DNA from: an uncultured Thermoplasmata archaeon
Lineage (GTDB): Archaea > Thermoplasmatota > Thermoplasmata > Lutacidiplasmatales > UBA184
Direction: 5' to 3'
Assembly (NCBI GenBank): GCA_963773945.1
Contig: CAVZDD010000005.1
Location: 377,077 to 441,076 of the forward strand
Length of the DNA: 64,000 bases
Below the pieces are notes generated by a model. The model was not told where the DNA came from. It saw nothing but the letters and a program-made list of their open reading frames with translations, and did not search any database. How positions within the stretch are numbered: the stretch's first letter is position 1; every line of letters begins with the position of its first letter. Positions 48,849 to 58,608 of the stretch are shown in pieces. Both the position numbers and the translations under genes were made by a program.

Positions 48849-49259
48849 TCACTCGATCTCCGAGCGAAGCAGGACTGCACGATATCCGATGGGCACGTCC
48901 GCCAGCATCACCGGCCAGGAACCGCCGAACCGCGCGGGATCTGTCGTGAATTCTAGGTGGAGATTGGCCGCCAGCTTCTCGAAGCCCTGCTGGAGTTGCC
49001 CCGCGAACCGGTTCAAGTCGCTCGATCGGCTATCGACTGGAACGAGCCGAAGCTGAGCCTCGTTCAGCGAGGCATTCACGTCGAGGTAGCCGGCATAGGC
49101 ACTGACAGAGATTTCGGGTTCGTGGAGCTGGAAATTCGATCGGAATAGATCCGCTCCCAACATGACGTCCCGGACGGCGGTGAAGACACGAAATTTCAGC
49201 CGTTCTCGGACCTTCATGGCCCGTTCCTGTTCTCGCCGAGAAAGCTGCGCCGGATCCAT
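48849..49259 (-). CDS. hypothetical protein
   Basis: An internal ATG at 49259 (MDPAQLSRREQ...). The upstream part of the ORF is Arg/Pro-rich noise. Confidence 0.35.
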   Translation of the reverse strand: MDPAQLSRREQERAMKVRERLKFRVFTAVRDVMLGADLFRSNFQLHEPEISVSAYAGYLDVNASLNEAQLRLVPVDSRSSDLNRFAGQLQQGFEKLAANLHLEFTTDPARFGGSWPVMLADVPIGYRAVLLRSEIE

Positions 49260-49474
49260 GGGCGTTCCTGTCCGGCGGGAATTCGTGCGTACTAAAGACG
49301 CTCGCGTCGGCGAGCCGATCCTCACATCAGCCTCCAGCCTGAGTCCGAAGTCGGGCCCCGGAGGAGAAGAACGCGGCGCCGTCCCACGGCCATCTCCAGG
49401 TCCCCTGGAATGGGGGTGCAACCCCCATAGTACCCTTCAGCCACTTCCGATGACGCGATGGAACCCGGGGTTTG

Positions 49475-50167
49475 TCAGACCGTGCGTCGCTCGGTCAGGA
49501 TTAACTGCCGATCGATACCTCGGGAACGGACGTCCATGGCTCGATCGAAATCAGCGCTCGAGAGTCGCTGGTCGGCTCCCAAGTCGGGGTCGTGGAACTG
49601 GACCCAGCCGCCCTCCAGACCGGTAACGACCACCCAGTGCAGAACCCCCTCCGGAAAGTTGGGGTCCGGGGCGTAGGATCCCTGATTCACCATCACGATC
49701 GCCGGGCGACCCAACGCGTCCGGCTGCCGGAGCCGGTCGACGGTGACCGTTTCAACCTGAAGGTGCACTCCGGCTCGGCGAGCTTGCCACTCCTGGAATC
49801 GGGCCCCCGGGGTGGCCAGGTACCCGAAGACTTTGCCAATCTTGTCGAAATTCGACCCGGATTCCGGGCGGAACTGGAATCGGGGCCGTTCCTTCACCAC
49901 GGTCACTCGCGCGCCGGAGCTGAGGAGAAGGGTGGCGAGACCGAAGGATTCCGTCATGCTGAATGGAGCGATCCAGCTGCGTACCCACGGCACCATGTCC
50001 GATCCTTTCGGAACCACGGGGGATCCGTCGAGCCATCCACGGACCATTTGGACGCACGCGGGTCCGCAGCTCCCGAGCATGGTCTGCTTGAAGTACGGGA
50101 CGGGAAGGGCCACAGGCGGCGAGAGCGGTCGTGCCCTTAACGGGTACGGGGTCGCGGCGAAGTCCAC
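49475..50167 (-). CDS. peptidase C39-like (papain-fold, BtrH-N-like) protein
   Basis: VPYFKQTMLGSCGPACVQMV with catalytic Cys context, and a downstream His region (HWVVVTG). Confidence 0.55.
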   Translation of the reverse strand: MDFAATPYPLRARPLSPPVALPVPYFKQTMLGSCGPACVQMVRGWLDGSPVVPKGSDMVPWVRSWIAPFSMTESFGLATLLLSSGARVTVVKERPRFQFRPESGSNFDKIGKVFGYLATPGARFQEWQARRAGVHLQVETVTVDRLRQPDALGRPAIVMVNQGSYAPDPNFPEGVLHWVVVTGLEGGWVQFHDPDLGADQRLSSADFDRAMDVRSRGIDRQLILTERRTV

Positions 50168-50307
50168 TGGCTACCAACCGGGTAGGGGTGCCACAATCGA
50201 GGGGGGCAGGGACGAAGTCCTCAACACGCGCAGCGATGTGAATCTCCCTCGAATCGTTGAGCTCGCCGAAACGATACTGATTCGTAGGGAGGCGTTGGTC
50301 CCGCCGC

Positions 50308-50823
50308 ATGAGTCTCGCAGAGGTGCAGACGTGGGTGAGCATCGCGGCGTCGTTGGCGCTCGTGGCATCGGTGATGATTTTAGCATACAACGTGCGGGCA
50401 AGCCGGATCGACGCGCGACGAAACCTAGCTTTCTCGATGATGGAACGACTTACCTCAGCGGACTTTGCGGAGCGCCGATGGAAAATGCACCAATCGGTCG
50501 AGGCCGCCGCTGCCGCCGGTTGGCGGGAGTTCGGCAATAGTCTGGAGGATTTTGAAAGCCGGTCCTTCGCCTATCAGTATGAACTCATCGGCCAGATGGT
50601 GAAGTCGGGAACGCTGGACTACTTGCTAGTCCGGGATTTCATGCGGTACACTGTAGTGACGGACTGGAACGCATTCGAGCCGTTGGATACGCATCTCAAG
50701 GAACGGTATCCGGGACGCCCGAGCCCCTGGACTCGGTTCCGGCAATTGGCCAAGCGGATCACCACAGAACTAGAAGGTCCACAGCTGAGGGGAGAGGAAC
50801 CTCCCGCCCCCAGCGTATATTGA
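50308..50823 (+). CDS. DUF4760-like protein, N-terminal TM anchor (paralog of 20404..20943)
   Basis: TM WVSIAASLALVASVMILAYN, then the shared core with the first copy. Confidence 0.5.
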   Translation: MSLAEVQTWVSIAASLALVASVMILAYNVRASRIDARRNLAFSMMERLTSADFAERRWKMHQSVEAAAAAGWREFGNSLEDFESRSFAYQYELIGQMVKSGTLDYLLVRDFMRYTVVTDWNAFEPLDTHLKERYPGRPSPWTRFRQLAKRITTELEGPQLRGEEPPAPSVY

Positions 50824-50983
50824 ACGCGCTTCCTGGAAGACCGGTTAAGTTCCTATCTCCGCGCCGCTCGGGGAGAAATCGGTCATTCCGGCGACATCCA
50901 AACCGGTTCTCGCCCAACTGCTTGCGGCAGATGTAACTAGTGACGACGGCTTCCCCTTCGGTGAGTGTCGGGGGGGACCGAGA

Positions 50984-52120
50984 TTGCTAGTAGGCGCAGC
51001 GGAAGTGGAGTTCGCCGGAAGGATGGCCATGATGGCAGCAGCACAGGGAGCCGCTTCGATCCAAGCAGCTGCCGCGGCAGCGATGCATGGAACCGAGGCT
51101 ATCCGAGGGACGTTAGCGCTCCGTGGATCGGAAATGATCCGGGGGACGAGCCTGGTTGCCGGTCGAATGGCTCGCGGAACGGAAGCGTTGAGGGGCGCGC
51201 TCGCCCTACATGGGTCGGAAGCGATCCGGGGGGCAAGGATGGTTCCCGGTCGGATGGCTCGCGGAACGGAAGCGTTGAGGGGCGCGCTCGCCTTACATGG
51301 GTCGGAAGCGATCCGGGGGGCAAGGATGGTTCCCGGTCGGATGGCTCGGGGAACGGAGGCTTTGACCGGCGCGCTCGCCCTACATGGGTCGGAAGCGATT
51401 CGGGGGACGAGCCTGGTTGCCGGTCGGATGGCTCGGGGAACGGAAGCCTTGAGGGGCGCGCTCGCCTTACATGGGTCGGAGGCGATCCCGGGGGCACGCA
51501 TTGTTCCCGGTCGGATCGCTCGCGGCGCAGACGAATTGAGTGGAGCGCTCGCGCTTCGTGCATCGGAAGCGATTCGGGGGGCAAGCATTGTTCCTGGCCG
51601 GGTCGCGCGCGGAACTGATGAATTGAGGGGCGCGCTCGCCCTACATGGGTCGGAAGCGATCCGGGGGGCAAGCCTGGTTGCCGGTCGGATGGCTCGGGGA
51701 ACGGAAGCTTTGACTGGCGCGCTCGCCTTACATGGGTCGGAAGCGATTCGGGGGGCGAGCACCGTTCCCGGTCGGATGGCTCGCGGAACGGAAGCTTTGA
51801 CCGGCGCGCTCGCCTTACATGGATCGGAAGCGATTCGGGGGGCGAGCACCGTTCCCGGTCGGTTGGCTCGCGGCACCGAGGCCCTGAGAGGTACGATGGC
51901 ACTCGGGGCGGCGGACCTGATGCGAGGAGCGAACGCGGCTCACGATCGGATTGCGGCCCAAGGCGCGGCGGCGACCCGTTTCTGGGCAGGGGTAGCGGCT
52001 CGGGGCGCGGCAGCGATTCACGCCATGGCCGCTCTCCAAGGACTTGTGGCCAAGGGGATCGGTACGAAGGCACTGGGCCTCAAAGCGTTGGCAAACCGAG
52101 GGGCGATTATCGCTCGGTGA
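50984..52120 (+). CDS. repeat protein with ~9.5 tandem 29-aa Ala/Gly/Arg-rich repeats (strand assignment tentative)
   Basis: GRMARGTEALRGALALHGSEAIRGARMVP reiterated. It has unique N- and C-terminal tails and is preceded by a 160-nt intergenic region. The minus strand also carries long ORFs (50845..51876) over the same repeats. Confidence 0.4.
   Translation: MLVGAAEVEFAGRMAMMAAAQGAASIQAAAAAAMHGTEAIRGTLALRGSEMIRGTSLVAGRMARGTEALRGALALHGSEAIRGARMVPGRMARGTEALRGALALHGSEAIRGARMVPGRMARGTEALTGALALHGSEAIRGTSLVAGRMARGTEALRGALALHGSEAIPGARIVPGRIARGADELSGALALRASEAIRGASIVPGRVARGTDELRGALALHGSEAIRGASLVAGRMARGTEALTGALALHGSEAIRGASTVPGRMARGTEALTGALALHGSEAIRGASTVPGRLARGTEALRGTMALGAADLMRGANAAHDRIAAQGAAATRFWAGVAARGAAAIHAMAALQGLVAKGIGTKALGLKALANRGAIIAR
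51075..51900. repeat. 87-bp near-identical tandem repeat array (~9.5 copies)
   Basis: Units such as ATGGCTCGCGGAACGGAAGCGTTGAGGGGCGCGCTCGCCCTACATGGGTCGGAAGCGATCCGGGGGGCAAGGATGGTTCCCGGTCGG recur head-to-tail with a few substitutions. Confidence 0.85.
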
Positions 52121-52216
52121 AACTCCAGCACGCCGGCAGCTGGAAGCTGCGGGGCCACTCTTGGGTCCCGATCGTTGACATCGATGACTAACGCGTCGCC
52201 GGTCGGGGAGGAACTC

Positions 52217-52657
52217 CTACTCAGCTAGCGCGTTGTTGGCCGCGCGGAGCCGACGGCTCATCTCCGCGAGAACACTGAGCACCACCACTGGTTCGCTCGC
52301 GGCGTACGCCCAAAACTCCCACTTCGACAGGGTGGCGAGCCTCGACGGACGGAGCGTCACCACATCGGCGGACCGGGGTTGATCGTCGAACAGCGACATT
52401 TCGCCGAAGAATTGCCCAGTGCCCAATCGCGCGAGGCGACGACTCCCGATCCGGACCTCCGTCGATCCTTCGAGGATCAGAAAGAGCCCATTCCCGGACT
52501 CCCCGCGTTTGACAACGGTCTCGCCCGCTGCAAAGTCGACCACCTTCGCATATTTCGCGAGGGTCGATAATTGACGTGGGGAAAGCACTCCGAGGATTGT
52601 GACCTTCTTGAGCCGTTTCACCAACTGGCTCGCCGAATACGTCGACGACTTCGACAT
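52217..52657 (-). CDS. standalone cyclic-nucleotide-binding (CAP-effector-type) domain protein, no DNA-binding domain
   Basis: GQFFGEMSLF and RSADVVT phosphate-binding cassette. The protein ends right after the C-helix (146 aa). Confidence 0.8.
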   Translation of the reverse strand: MSKSSTYSASQLVKRLKKVTILGVLSPRQLSTLAKYAKVVDFAAGETVVKRGESGNGLFLILEGSTEVRIGSRRLARLGTGQFFGEMSLFDDQPRSADVVTLRPSRLATLSKWEFWAYAASEPVVVLSVLAEMSRRLRAANNALAE

Positions 52658-52883
52658 GAGACCTCAACCTTCTACCTGAATTAAAACGTATCTCCGATTC
52701 GCCGTGGTTCGGTTCGGATGATCTGCGGTAGTCAGGGAGGCGGTCGGGGGTTCAGAACCAAAAGCTCCTGGTCCGCGTCCTAAAACGGCGGAACGCGGGA
52801 TGCAATCACCATTGCAACCATTGGACCTGTGAGGCGCGAACCGGAACATTTTTCTCGGGCGTCGTCGGTAAGGCGATGATTGT

Positions 52884-53180
52884 ATGTCGCTGCCAGGCAA
52901 CCCCCCTCTCGACCACTCATGTTCCTCGTGCGGGGAACCCATGGAGGCAGGCTCCGTAATCGGCCGGACGGTAACTGGGGGAAAAGACCCTGCGACAATC
53001 GGTTGGCTGCCGAAAGACAACGACCCCTCGAGCCACTTGTTCGGGGATAGGTGGGCTGCGGAACCCCTCGGAAAGCTCGGGGTTACCATCTTCTCTTCGA
53101 TTCCACACTTTCCGGCCCGGCGTTGTACCCAGTGCCATCGTGTCGAACTCACGTACGGCGACGCGGTGGTGTATCCTTAA
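52884..53180 (+). CDS. small zinc-ribbon-like protein
   Basis: CSSCGEP...CTQCH pair of CxxC motifs. Confidence 0.4.
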   Translation: MSLPGNPPLDHSCSSCGEPMEAGSVIGRTVTGGKDPATIGWLPKDNDPSSHLFGDRWAAEPLGKLGVTIFSSIPHFPARRCTQCHRVELTYGDAVVYP

Positions 53181-53259
53181 TCAGATACGGTTCTCCGCGG
53201 TGCAACCTCCGTTGCACCTGCCGCGCTAAGTCCTTGAGTTCAGTAGCCATTCCTAACCC

Positions 53260-53667
53260 ATGTCGGCGACAGCAGCGCCCCCGGACGTGTCGAACCCGTT
53301 CGCACCCCCGACCGACATGACCATCGTCACGACCCCGTTCCTCTCGGGACATCGCGTGACGCGCGTCATCGGTGCGACGTTTGGATTGATAGTGCGATCC
53401 AGGGGCCTCGGGCAGAACATCGCCGCGTATTTCCGAGCATGGGGGGGCGGAGAGATCAAGTTGTACACCCAGCTACTCGAGCAGGCACGCCACCAGGCCA
53501 TCGAGCGACTTGCTGCGCACGCGAAGAGCCTGGGCGCGAACGCCGTCGTCGCGGTCGGATTCGATACTACCGAGATGGTAGGCTCGATGACCGAGGTTCT
53601 TGCTTATGGGACGGCGGTCGTCGTGGAGCCGGATACCTCACCGGCGCAGTCCGTCGTGCTCCGTTAA
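53260..53667 (+). CDS. YbjQ/UPF0145 (DUF74) family protein
   Basis: Blocks IVTTPFLSGHRV, EQARHQAIERLAAHAKSLGANAVVAVGFD and SMTEVLAYGTAVVVE. Confidence 0.8.
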   Translation: MSATAAPPDVSNPFAPPTDMTIVTTPFLSGHRVTRVIGATFGLIVRSRGLGQNIAAYFRAWGGGEIKLYTQLLEQARHQAIERLAAHAKSLGANAVVAVGFDTTEMVGSMTEVLAYGTAVVVEPDTSPAQSVVLR

Positions 53668-53715
53668 CGGGATGCACGGGTGCAATCTCTATTGGGCGTT
53701 CGGATTAAGACACTT

Positions 53716-54144
53716 TCAATCGCGACGTTGTGCCAGAGATATGGGGTTCCCGTCCGGATCAGCCACCCACGCTGTGCGGAGATTGGGGAGGAAATCGTGC
53801 GGCGGTCTCAGAGAGGATGCCCCTTCGGCGGTCAGTCGCGTGTATGCCGCGTCGGTGTCGCGCGTCCAGAGTAGGATGTAGACGGGACGTCCCCCCAGGT
53901 CCGGGTTCAATCCGTGACTGGCGATGGCCGCGTCCACCGAGGAGACTGCAATCGTCAACCCCGCCAGCTTCAGCTCCACATGTTCCGGCGGGCCTGTCGT
54001 AGGGTTCCGGTACGTCTCGCGGAAACCAAGTCCCTCGTAGAACTTCACGAGCCGGATCACGTTGCGCGTGAAGAGTCCGATGGATGGATCCTGAAATGCG
54101 ACCGCAGGGGTGCCACCTTGGATTGCCGGGTGTTCACTGGTCAT
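53716..54144 (-). CDS. VOC-family (glyoxalase-fold) protein
   Basis: VKFYEGLGF, ADPDGNPISL. Confidence 0.75.
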   Translation of the reverse strand: MTSEHPAIQGGTPAVAFQDPSIGLFTRNVIRLVKFYEGLGFRETYRNPTTGPPEHVELKLAGLTIAVSSVDAAIASHGLNPDLGGRPVYILLWTRDTDAAYTRLTAEGASSLRPPHDFLPNLRTAWVADPDGNPISLAQRRD

Positions 54145-54315
54145 AACTGTGCTTCAAGCGCATCCAATCATAAGTCTAATCGATTCGGATTTCACCCAGT
54201 CAATTAGAGAGTCCTGCCCGTTCTCCAGATGGGGGGGGGAACAGCAATCCGCGGGTGCAACCCGCATGCACCCGTGCCAGCGAGCAATCTTTGGCCGGCC
54301 GGGCCGTCGGAGGGT

Positions 54316-55419
54316 TCACCCGCGCATCTGCAGCGGCTTTCCGTCAACCTCGACCGTAGCCCCGGCGTTGATCACCCATTGGAAGAACGGTGCCGAATTC
54401 TTGCCGCCGTAGAACTTGTTGTTTCCAAGGGAGACCATGACGGCACCGAGTTCGCGATCCTCCAGCTGGGGCGTGTTGTGCAATTCCGGATTCAATCCGA
54501 TTCGCATCTGGCCCGGCTGGTCTCGCCCCTTCCCTCCCTTCTTGAACTCCCGGTTGAACCGATCGAGCCCCTCCACGAACTCTGCATGGGTCAACTTCCC
54601 GTTTCGGAACTGGAAGTTCCCACCGGTGGCGACCGCGTCATCGTAGTAGTTGGTCCGATTGGCGACGATGGTTCCGTCGGCTACCGATTCGTCCAAAGCG
54701 ACGCTCACCGCTCCCGATGGAAGCGTGACGAGCTGATTGAAGGGACGCTTCCGTTCCGCGGGAGTGGGGAGTCCAGTGTCGACCCGCGCAGGTCGGTGCA
54801 GGAGACCCAACGTGAGGTCAGTGCCCTGGCCGTCCAGGATTCTCAGGCGCTTCCCTCGCTCGAGCGCTCGCGCGATCGGGCGTCCGACACGGGCCATCGC
54901 GTCGGAGCTGACCATAGTTCCCCGCACCAACTCGGAAATCCACTTACCCTCGTCGGTTTTGTACGCCTTCGTCAGCGCAGGATAAGGCCGACCGATCTCG
55001 AGTCGGGCTCCTCGGACTCCCCGCTTCTGGGCGGTGGCGTACCACTTGTTGTTGAACTCAAACAGCCGGTTAAGTTGAGCCGCCGGAAGGGCGTTGAGCC
55101 GCATGCGATCCCCCGGGCCCCACATGTGGATGTATACGTTTGTGTTTGCGAGAGCTGCCCATTCGTGGGCGGCTGGCTTTCCCAGGACTCGTTCGTGCCC
55201 GCCCCGAACCAAGTCCCAGTACGCTTCCTCATCCTCGTACGGGACTAGAACTTGTGCTCCCATCTGTCGGGCTTCGCGCGCGATGGCAACGGCCCACGGG
55301 AGGGTGTGGGTCCACGCCTCTACGATGACCCTTTCTCCAGATTTCACGTGAAGGTGGTCTTTCAGAACGGACCGCGCAAATTTTGCTTGGGTCGCGGGCG
55401 ACACCGGTGAGCTCGTCAT
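54316..55419 (-). CDS. M29-family aminopeptidase (AmpS/PepS-like)
   Basis: Length and conserved blocks (ANTNVYIHMWGPGD, GGNFQFRNGKLTHAEF). Confidence 0.75.
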   Translation of the reverse strand: MTSSPVSPATQAKFARSVLKDHLHVKSGERVIVEAWTHTLPWAVAIAREARQMGAQVLVPYEDEEAYWDLVRGGHERVLGKPAAHEWAALANTNVYIHMWGPGDRMRLNALPAAQLNRLFEFNNKWYATAQKRGVRGARLEIGRPYPALTKAYKTDEGKWISELVRGTMVSSDAMARVGRPIARALERGKRLRILDGQGTDLTLGLLHRPARVDTGLPTPAERKRPFNQLVTLPSGAVSVALDESVADGTIVANRTNYYDDAVATGGNFQFRNGKLTHAEFVEGLDRFNREFKKGGKGRDQPGQMRIGLNPELHNTPQLEDRELGAVMVSLGNNKFYGGKNSAPFFQWVINAGATVEVDGKPLQMRG

Positions 55420-55603
55420 GCCCGGCGCCTAACTCATGCACTCAATATGAACTTGGAGGGGACAGTCTATCCAAACTACCGAAGGTTCGACCGCAGGCCC
55501 CTCAAGCTTCGGGGGTGTAAACGCTCGAAATGCGTCCAATCCGCAATGCACCTTCGGGGGTGCGGGCCCTAGCAATCGCCCCGAAATGGGAAGAAAGGCC
55601 TCT

Positions 55604-56056
55604 CTACCAGTCGTAGGGGGATCGAAGATCGTGCCCGTTTTCAAGGACCGACTTGAGGTTCATCATGAAATACGTCCAACCCCGGATGGCCCCCTCGTAG
55701 AGATCGGTCCACGCGCTTCCGCGTCGGAATCCGGAGTGAGTAAACCGCAGAATAGTTCCGCCGCTATGAGGTTCGACGGACAGTTTCAATCTCGTAACGC
55801 CCAGTTTCTCCAAGCCGGGCCACTGCCAAGTCAACACTAGCTGTCTTCCACGAACGAACTGCACAACCTTCCCTGTATGAGTTGGGCCGCCTTCCCAAGC
55901 AAATGAGTAGCTCCCGCCTCTCCGCGCTGAAAGCGTAGCCTGGTCCATGAACCAACGGGTAAGAACTTTCGGTTCACTGATCGCCTTGAACACCCTCTTA
56001 GGTGACGCGTGAATGAAGATGGGCAACCGGATGGTCCGAGAGCCAGACGTCGACAT
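55604..56056 (-). CDS. SRPBCC (AHSA1-like) domain protein
   Basis: IFIHASPKRVFKAISEPKVLTRWF signature. Confidence 0.75.
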   Translation of the reverse strand: MSTSGSRTIRLPIFIHASPKRVFKAISEPKVLTRWFMDQATLSARRGGSYSFAWEGGPTHTGKVVQFVRGRQLVLTWQWPGLEKLGVTRLKLSVEPHSGGTILRFTHSGFRRGSAWTDLYEGAIRGWTYFMMNLKSVLENGHDLRSPYDW

Positions 56057-56274
56057 TGCAAATTGGCAAGTGGTCTACCCGCAAAAAGTCAATGCTTGCG
56101 CGATTGCCGCGAACACTCCGGCCCCTCCTCGACCGGCGGTCGCCTCCGCCGAGCGGGGTCCGTCGGGATGTTGGCCCTCATCCGATCCAGCCTTCAGCTC
56201 TTGCGAAACGGTGGTGTGCAATCCTCCTTGCACCCTCAGGCGGGGGTTGACCTCGTCCTTGTCTGCCCTTGGAT

Positions 56275-57033
56275 CTAACGTGCGGATGCCGGTCGACCAC
56301 CGAAGCGCACCGTCGCAGCGACGGCCACCGCACCCAGGATGGCCGCTGTGAGGATTGGAGGGGTCACTCGGGCAAACACCACGAGAGTCCCCCCGACCGC
56401 CGCCCCGGAGAAGAGGAAGATCACGGCGAACAACGCGCGACGCTGACCGGGACCCGTGATTCCGAGCGCTGGGAGGTCCATCATGAATCCCGTCAATGCC
56501 ATGGTGACGACCGTTGTGGACAGTCCCGGGACTGCGAGGTGTCGTGCAACCGCGTTTTGGAGGCCCATTCCATATGAACTGAGGGCGATCAACAAGTACA
56601 GCCCTGCCCCCGCCGGGTACCCACTTTGGATCACCCAACCGACGGAGAATGCAGCCATGCACGCGAAATGTCCGTACAAGAGCGCTGTGACTCGAGGGGG
56701 CCATCCGGTCGCCGGCTTGACATGTCCTAGGACCCGGCCGGCGAAGATTGCCCCGACCGAGAACCCGGCGAGTGCAATCACCGAATTCAGCGCAATGGAC
56801 AGATCCCGTTGACCGATTGCGAGCGCGAGGAAAATGATGTTACCGGTCATGTTGGCCGTGAAAATCCTTCCGAGCCCGAGGTAACTCACCACGTCGACCG
56901 AGCCAGACGCAAACGTCATGGCGAGCAACAAGAAGTCACGGGAGCGACCATCGGGGTCGACGGCCGGAGAAGCGGGGCGAACTCTACCAACCGAATTCGG
57001 ACGGGCGCTCACTTCGTCCCGGCTTGATTGCAC
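56275..57033 (-). CDS. YoaK/DUF1275 family membrane protein
   Basis: SVDVVSYLGLGRIFTANMTGNIIFLALAIGQRD hallmark. Confidence 0.75.
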   Translation of the reverse strand: MQSSRDEVSARPNSVGRVRPASPAVDPDGRSRDFLLLAMTFASGSVDVVSYLGLGRIFTANMTGNIIFLALAIGQRDLSIALNSVIALAGFSVGAIFAGRVLGHVKPATGWPPRVTALLYGHFACMAAFSVGWVIQSGYPAGAGLYLLIALSSYGMGLQNAVARHLAVPGLSTTVVTMALTGFMMDLPALGITGPGQRRALFAVIFLFSGAAVGGTLVVFARVTPPILTAAILGAVAVAATVRFGGRPASAR

Positions 57034-57182
57034 TCGGTCTTAATCAGGGACACGGGTCCGCACGGAGTACCCTGTTCCGCAACCCTGGAGCAGATCAATC
57101 GCAACCGGCCGCGGAACGCCGGTGCAAGCTGGAACCTGAGTTAGAAGATTAAGAAGGTTGGAGAGATGCCGAAAGAGAGAAA

Positions 57183-57488
57183 ATGGTCGATCGAGTGTAC
57201 AAGGCGGACCTGCCACGAATAAGACGAACCCTCGAGAAAATGCGAGAGGAGTTCTCCATTCGAGACTCTGCGACCAACTGGACCCAACTGAGAGTTGATC
57301 CGTTGCTGGAACACGTTCGGCGTCTTGAACGGGTCATAGGTTCGAGAAAGTTTGCAGGAGAATTTTCTCGACTGCGGAAGGGAGTGGTGTTCTTCCATTC
57401 TGATCTGGTATATCTTAGAACCAATGTCAAGGGGTTAGAGGAAATTCTTCAGCCGGAAAAGGGTCGTCGGGGACGAAAAGAGAAGTGA
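57183..57488 (+). CDS. hypothetical protein with Lys/Arg-rich C-terminus
   Basis: Lower GC, protein-like composition, preceded by AAGGTTGGAGAG. Confidence 0.4.
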   Translation: MVDRVYKADLPRIRRTLEKMREEFSIRDSATNWTQLRVDPLLEHVRRLERVIGSRKFAGEFSRLRKGVVFFHSDLVYLRTNVKGLEEILQPEKGRRGRKEK

Positions 57489-57615
57489 AAGGGCCACGGG
57501 GGGTGCAATCTTGATTGCACCCGGGTGGAAGCCGGGGTGAGGGCCAGCTTCCCAGCTTGGATTCGGCCTCAGGGCCTTGTAACTGAAATAGCGCACCGCA
57601 TCTTGCGGAGAACGC

Positions 57616-58455
57616 GTGAAGCCGCCGAACAAACCCCCCAAGAACCACTCGAAGCTGTGGACCCTAATGGTCTGCATCGCTATCTTACTGATCGGAATCG
57701 AAGGCGGTTATGAAGCGGGCAAGTCGCTGCCTGCTCCGAGCGCCACTCCCTCGACCGTAACGGGCTTGAACCGGCCTGCCGTTACCCCAACCGAGCTTGG
57801 CTGGTATCGCAACCAGTCCATTGTGTACGATAACTACGGACTTAATTCCAACATTACGGCGCCCATTCTGGCCTTTTTTGAGGCGGCGTCCCCCAACACT
57901 TCCGTGGCCGGGCAACGGAACGTCATCGATAGCCTGCCGGGACAGCCGAGCTATTCCGATTTCTGGCTGGTGTACAAGGTACTCGTTCCCGCCGGTTACG
58001 TGGCGAACACCATCCGTTCCTTCGAGGCTGCGGTGGTCTCTCAATACCCGATCGAAGCGACGAACCTCATCGTAAACTGCCCGGTTGAAAATCCAGGTGC
58101 GACCGTCCAAAACTCCTCCGCCGCGTTGGAGGCGGGCTGGTATCGCGGTCAAACGGTCTATTACTTCAACGCGGGAACGAACACCACGGGCTGGGGGGCC
58201 GTGATTCAGACGGCGCCGATTTACACGTTTGCCTACCCCAACGGAACCCCGGTCGCGGGCCAACACAACATTGTCAACGTCTACCCGGGCAACCCGGGCT
58301 ACAGCGACGATTGGAGTATCATCACGGTCGCGGTCAATTCTTCGTACCCCGCGAACAGCGTGAGGTCCGTCGGAGAGATCCTCGCGGAGGTTCGAGGGGG
58401 AGAGTTCTCCCTCCAAGCGACGAGGCTGTTCGTGGATTGCCCGATCGTGACGTAG
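57616..58455 (+). CDS. secreted/anchored glycoprotein-like protein with two internal ~110-aa repeats
   Basis: N-terminal TM (LWTLMVCIAILLIGI). Repeats GWYRNQSIVY...PGQPSYSDFWLV and GWYRGQTVYY...PGNPGYSDDWSI. Many N-x-S/T sequons. Confidence 0.6.
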   Translation: MKPPNKPPKNHSKLWTLMVCIAILLIGIEGGYEAGKSLPAPSATPSTVTGLNRPAVTPTELGWYRNQSIVYDNYGLNSNITAPILAFFEAASPNTSVAGQRNVIDSLPGQPSYSDFWLVYKVLVPAGYVANTIRSFEAAVVSQYPIEATNLIVNCPVENPGATVQNSSAALEAGWYRGQTVYYFNAGTNTTGWGAVIQTAPIYTFAYPNGTPVAGQHNIVNVYPGNPGYSDDWSIITVAVNSSYPANSVRSVGEILAEVRGGEFSLQATRLFVDCPIVT

Positions 58456-58608
58456 ACGGTCGCCGCGAGCTCCCCGAACTCTTCGCCTCTCTCCCTACGC
58501 GTCCCCCCTCGCCAAAATTAATTTGAAGCGGGATCCTGATGGGAGCTCCCCCCCGCGTTGCTCGCACCGCGGTGGTAGCGGGGTTCCATGATGGCCCGGT
58601 TCCGGAGT

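Noticed and set aside
51075-51900. Possible CRISPR array, given the regularly spaced repeats
   Set aside because: The units are directly abutting 87-bp copies with no unique spacers, and the array is open-reading on both strands. It is a coding tandem repeat, not a CRISPR.
45196-52657. Pycsar-like antiphage module (cyclase plus cNMP-binding effector)
   Set aside because: The cyclases are large TolB-N/TPR regulatory proteins with a paralog elsewhere. The cNMP-binding protein is not adjacent and has no effector (TM or TIR) domain. The resemblance is superficial.
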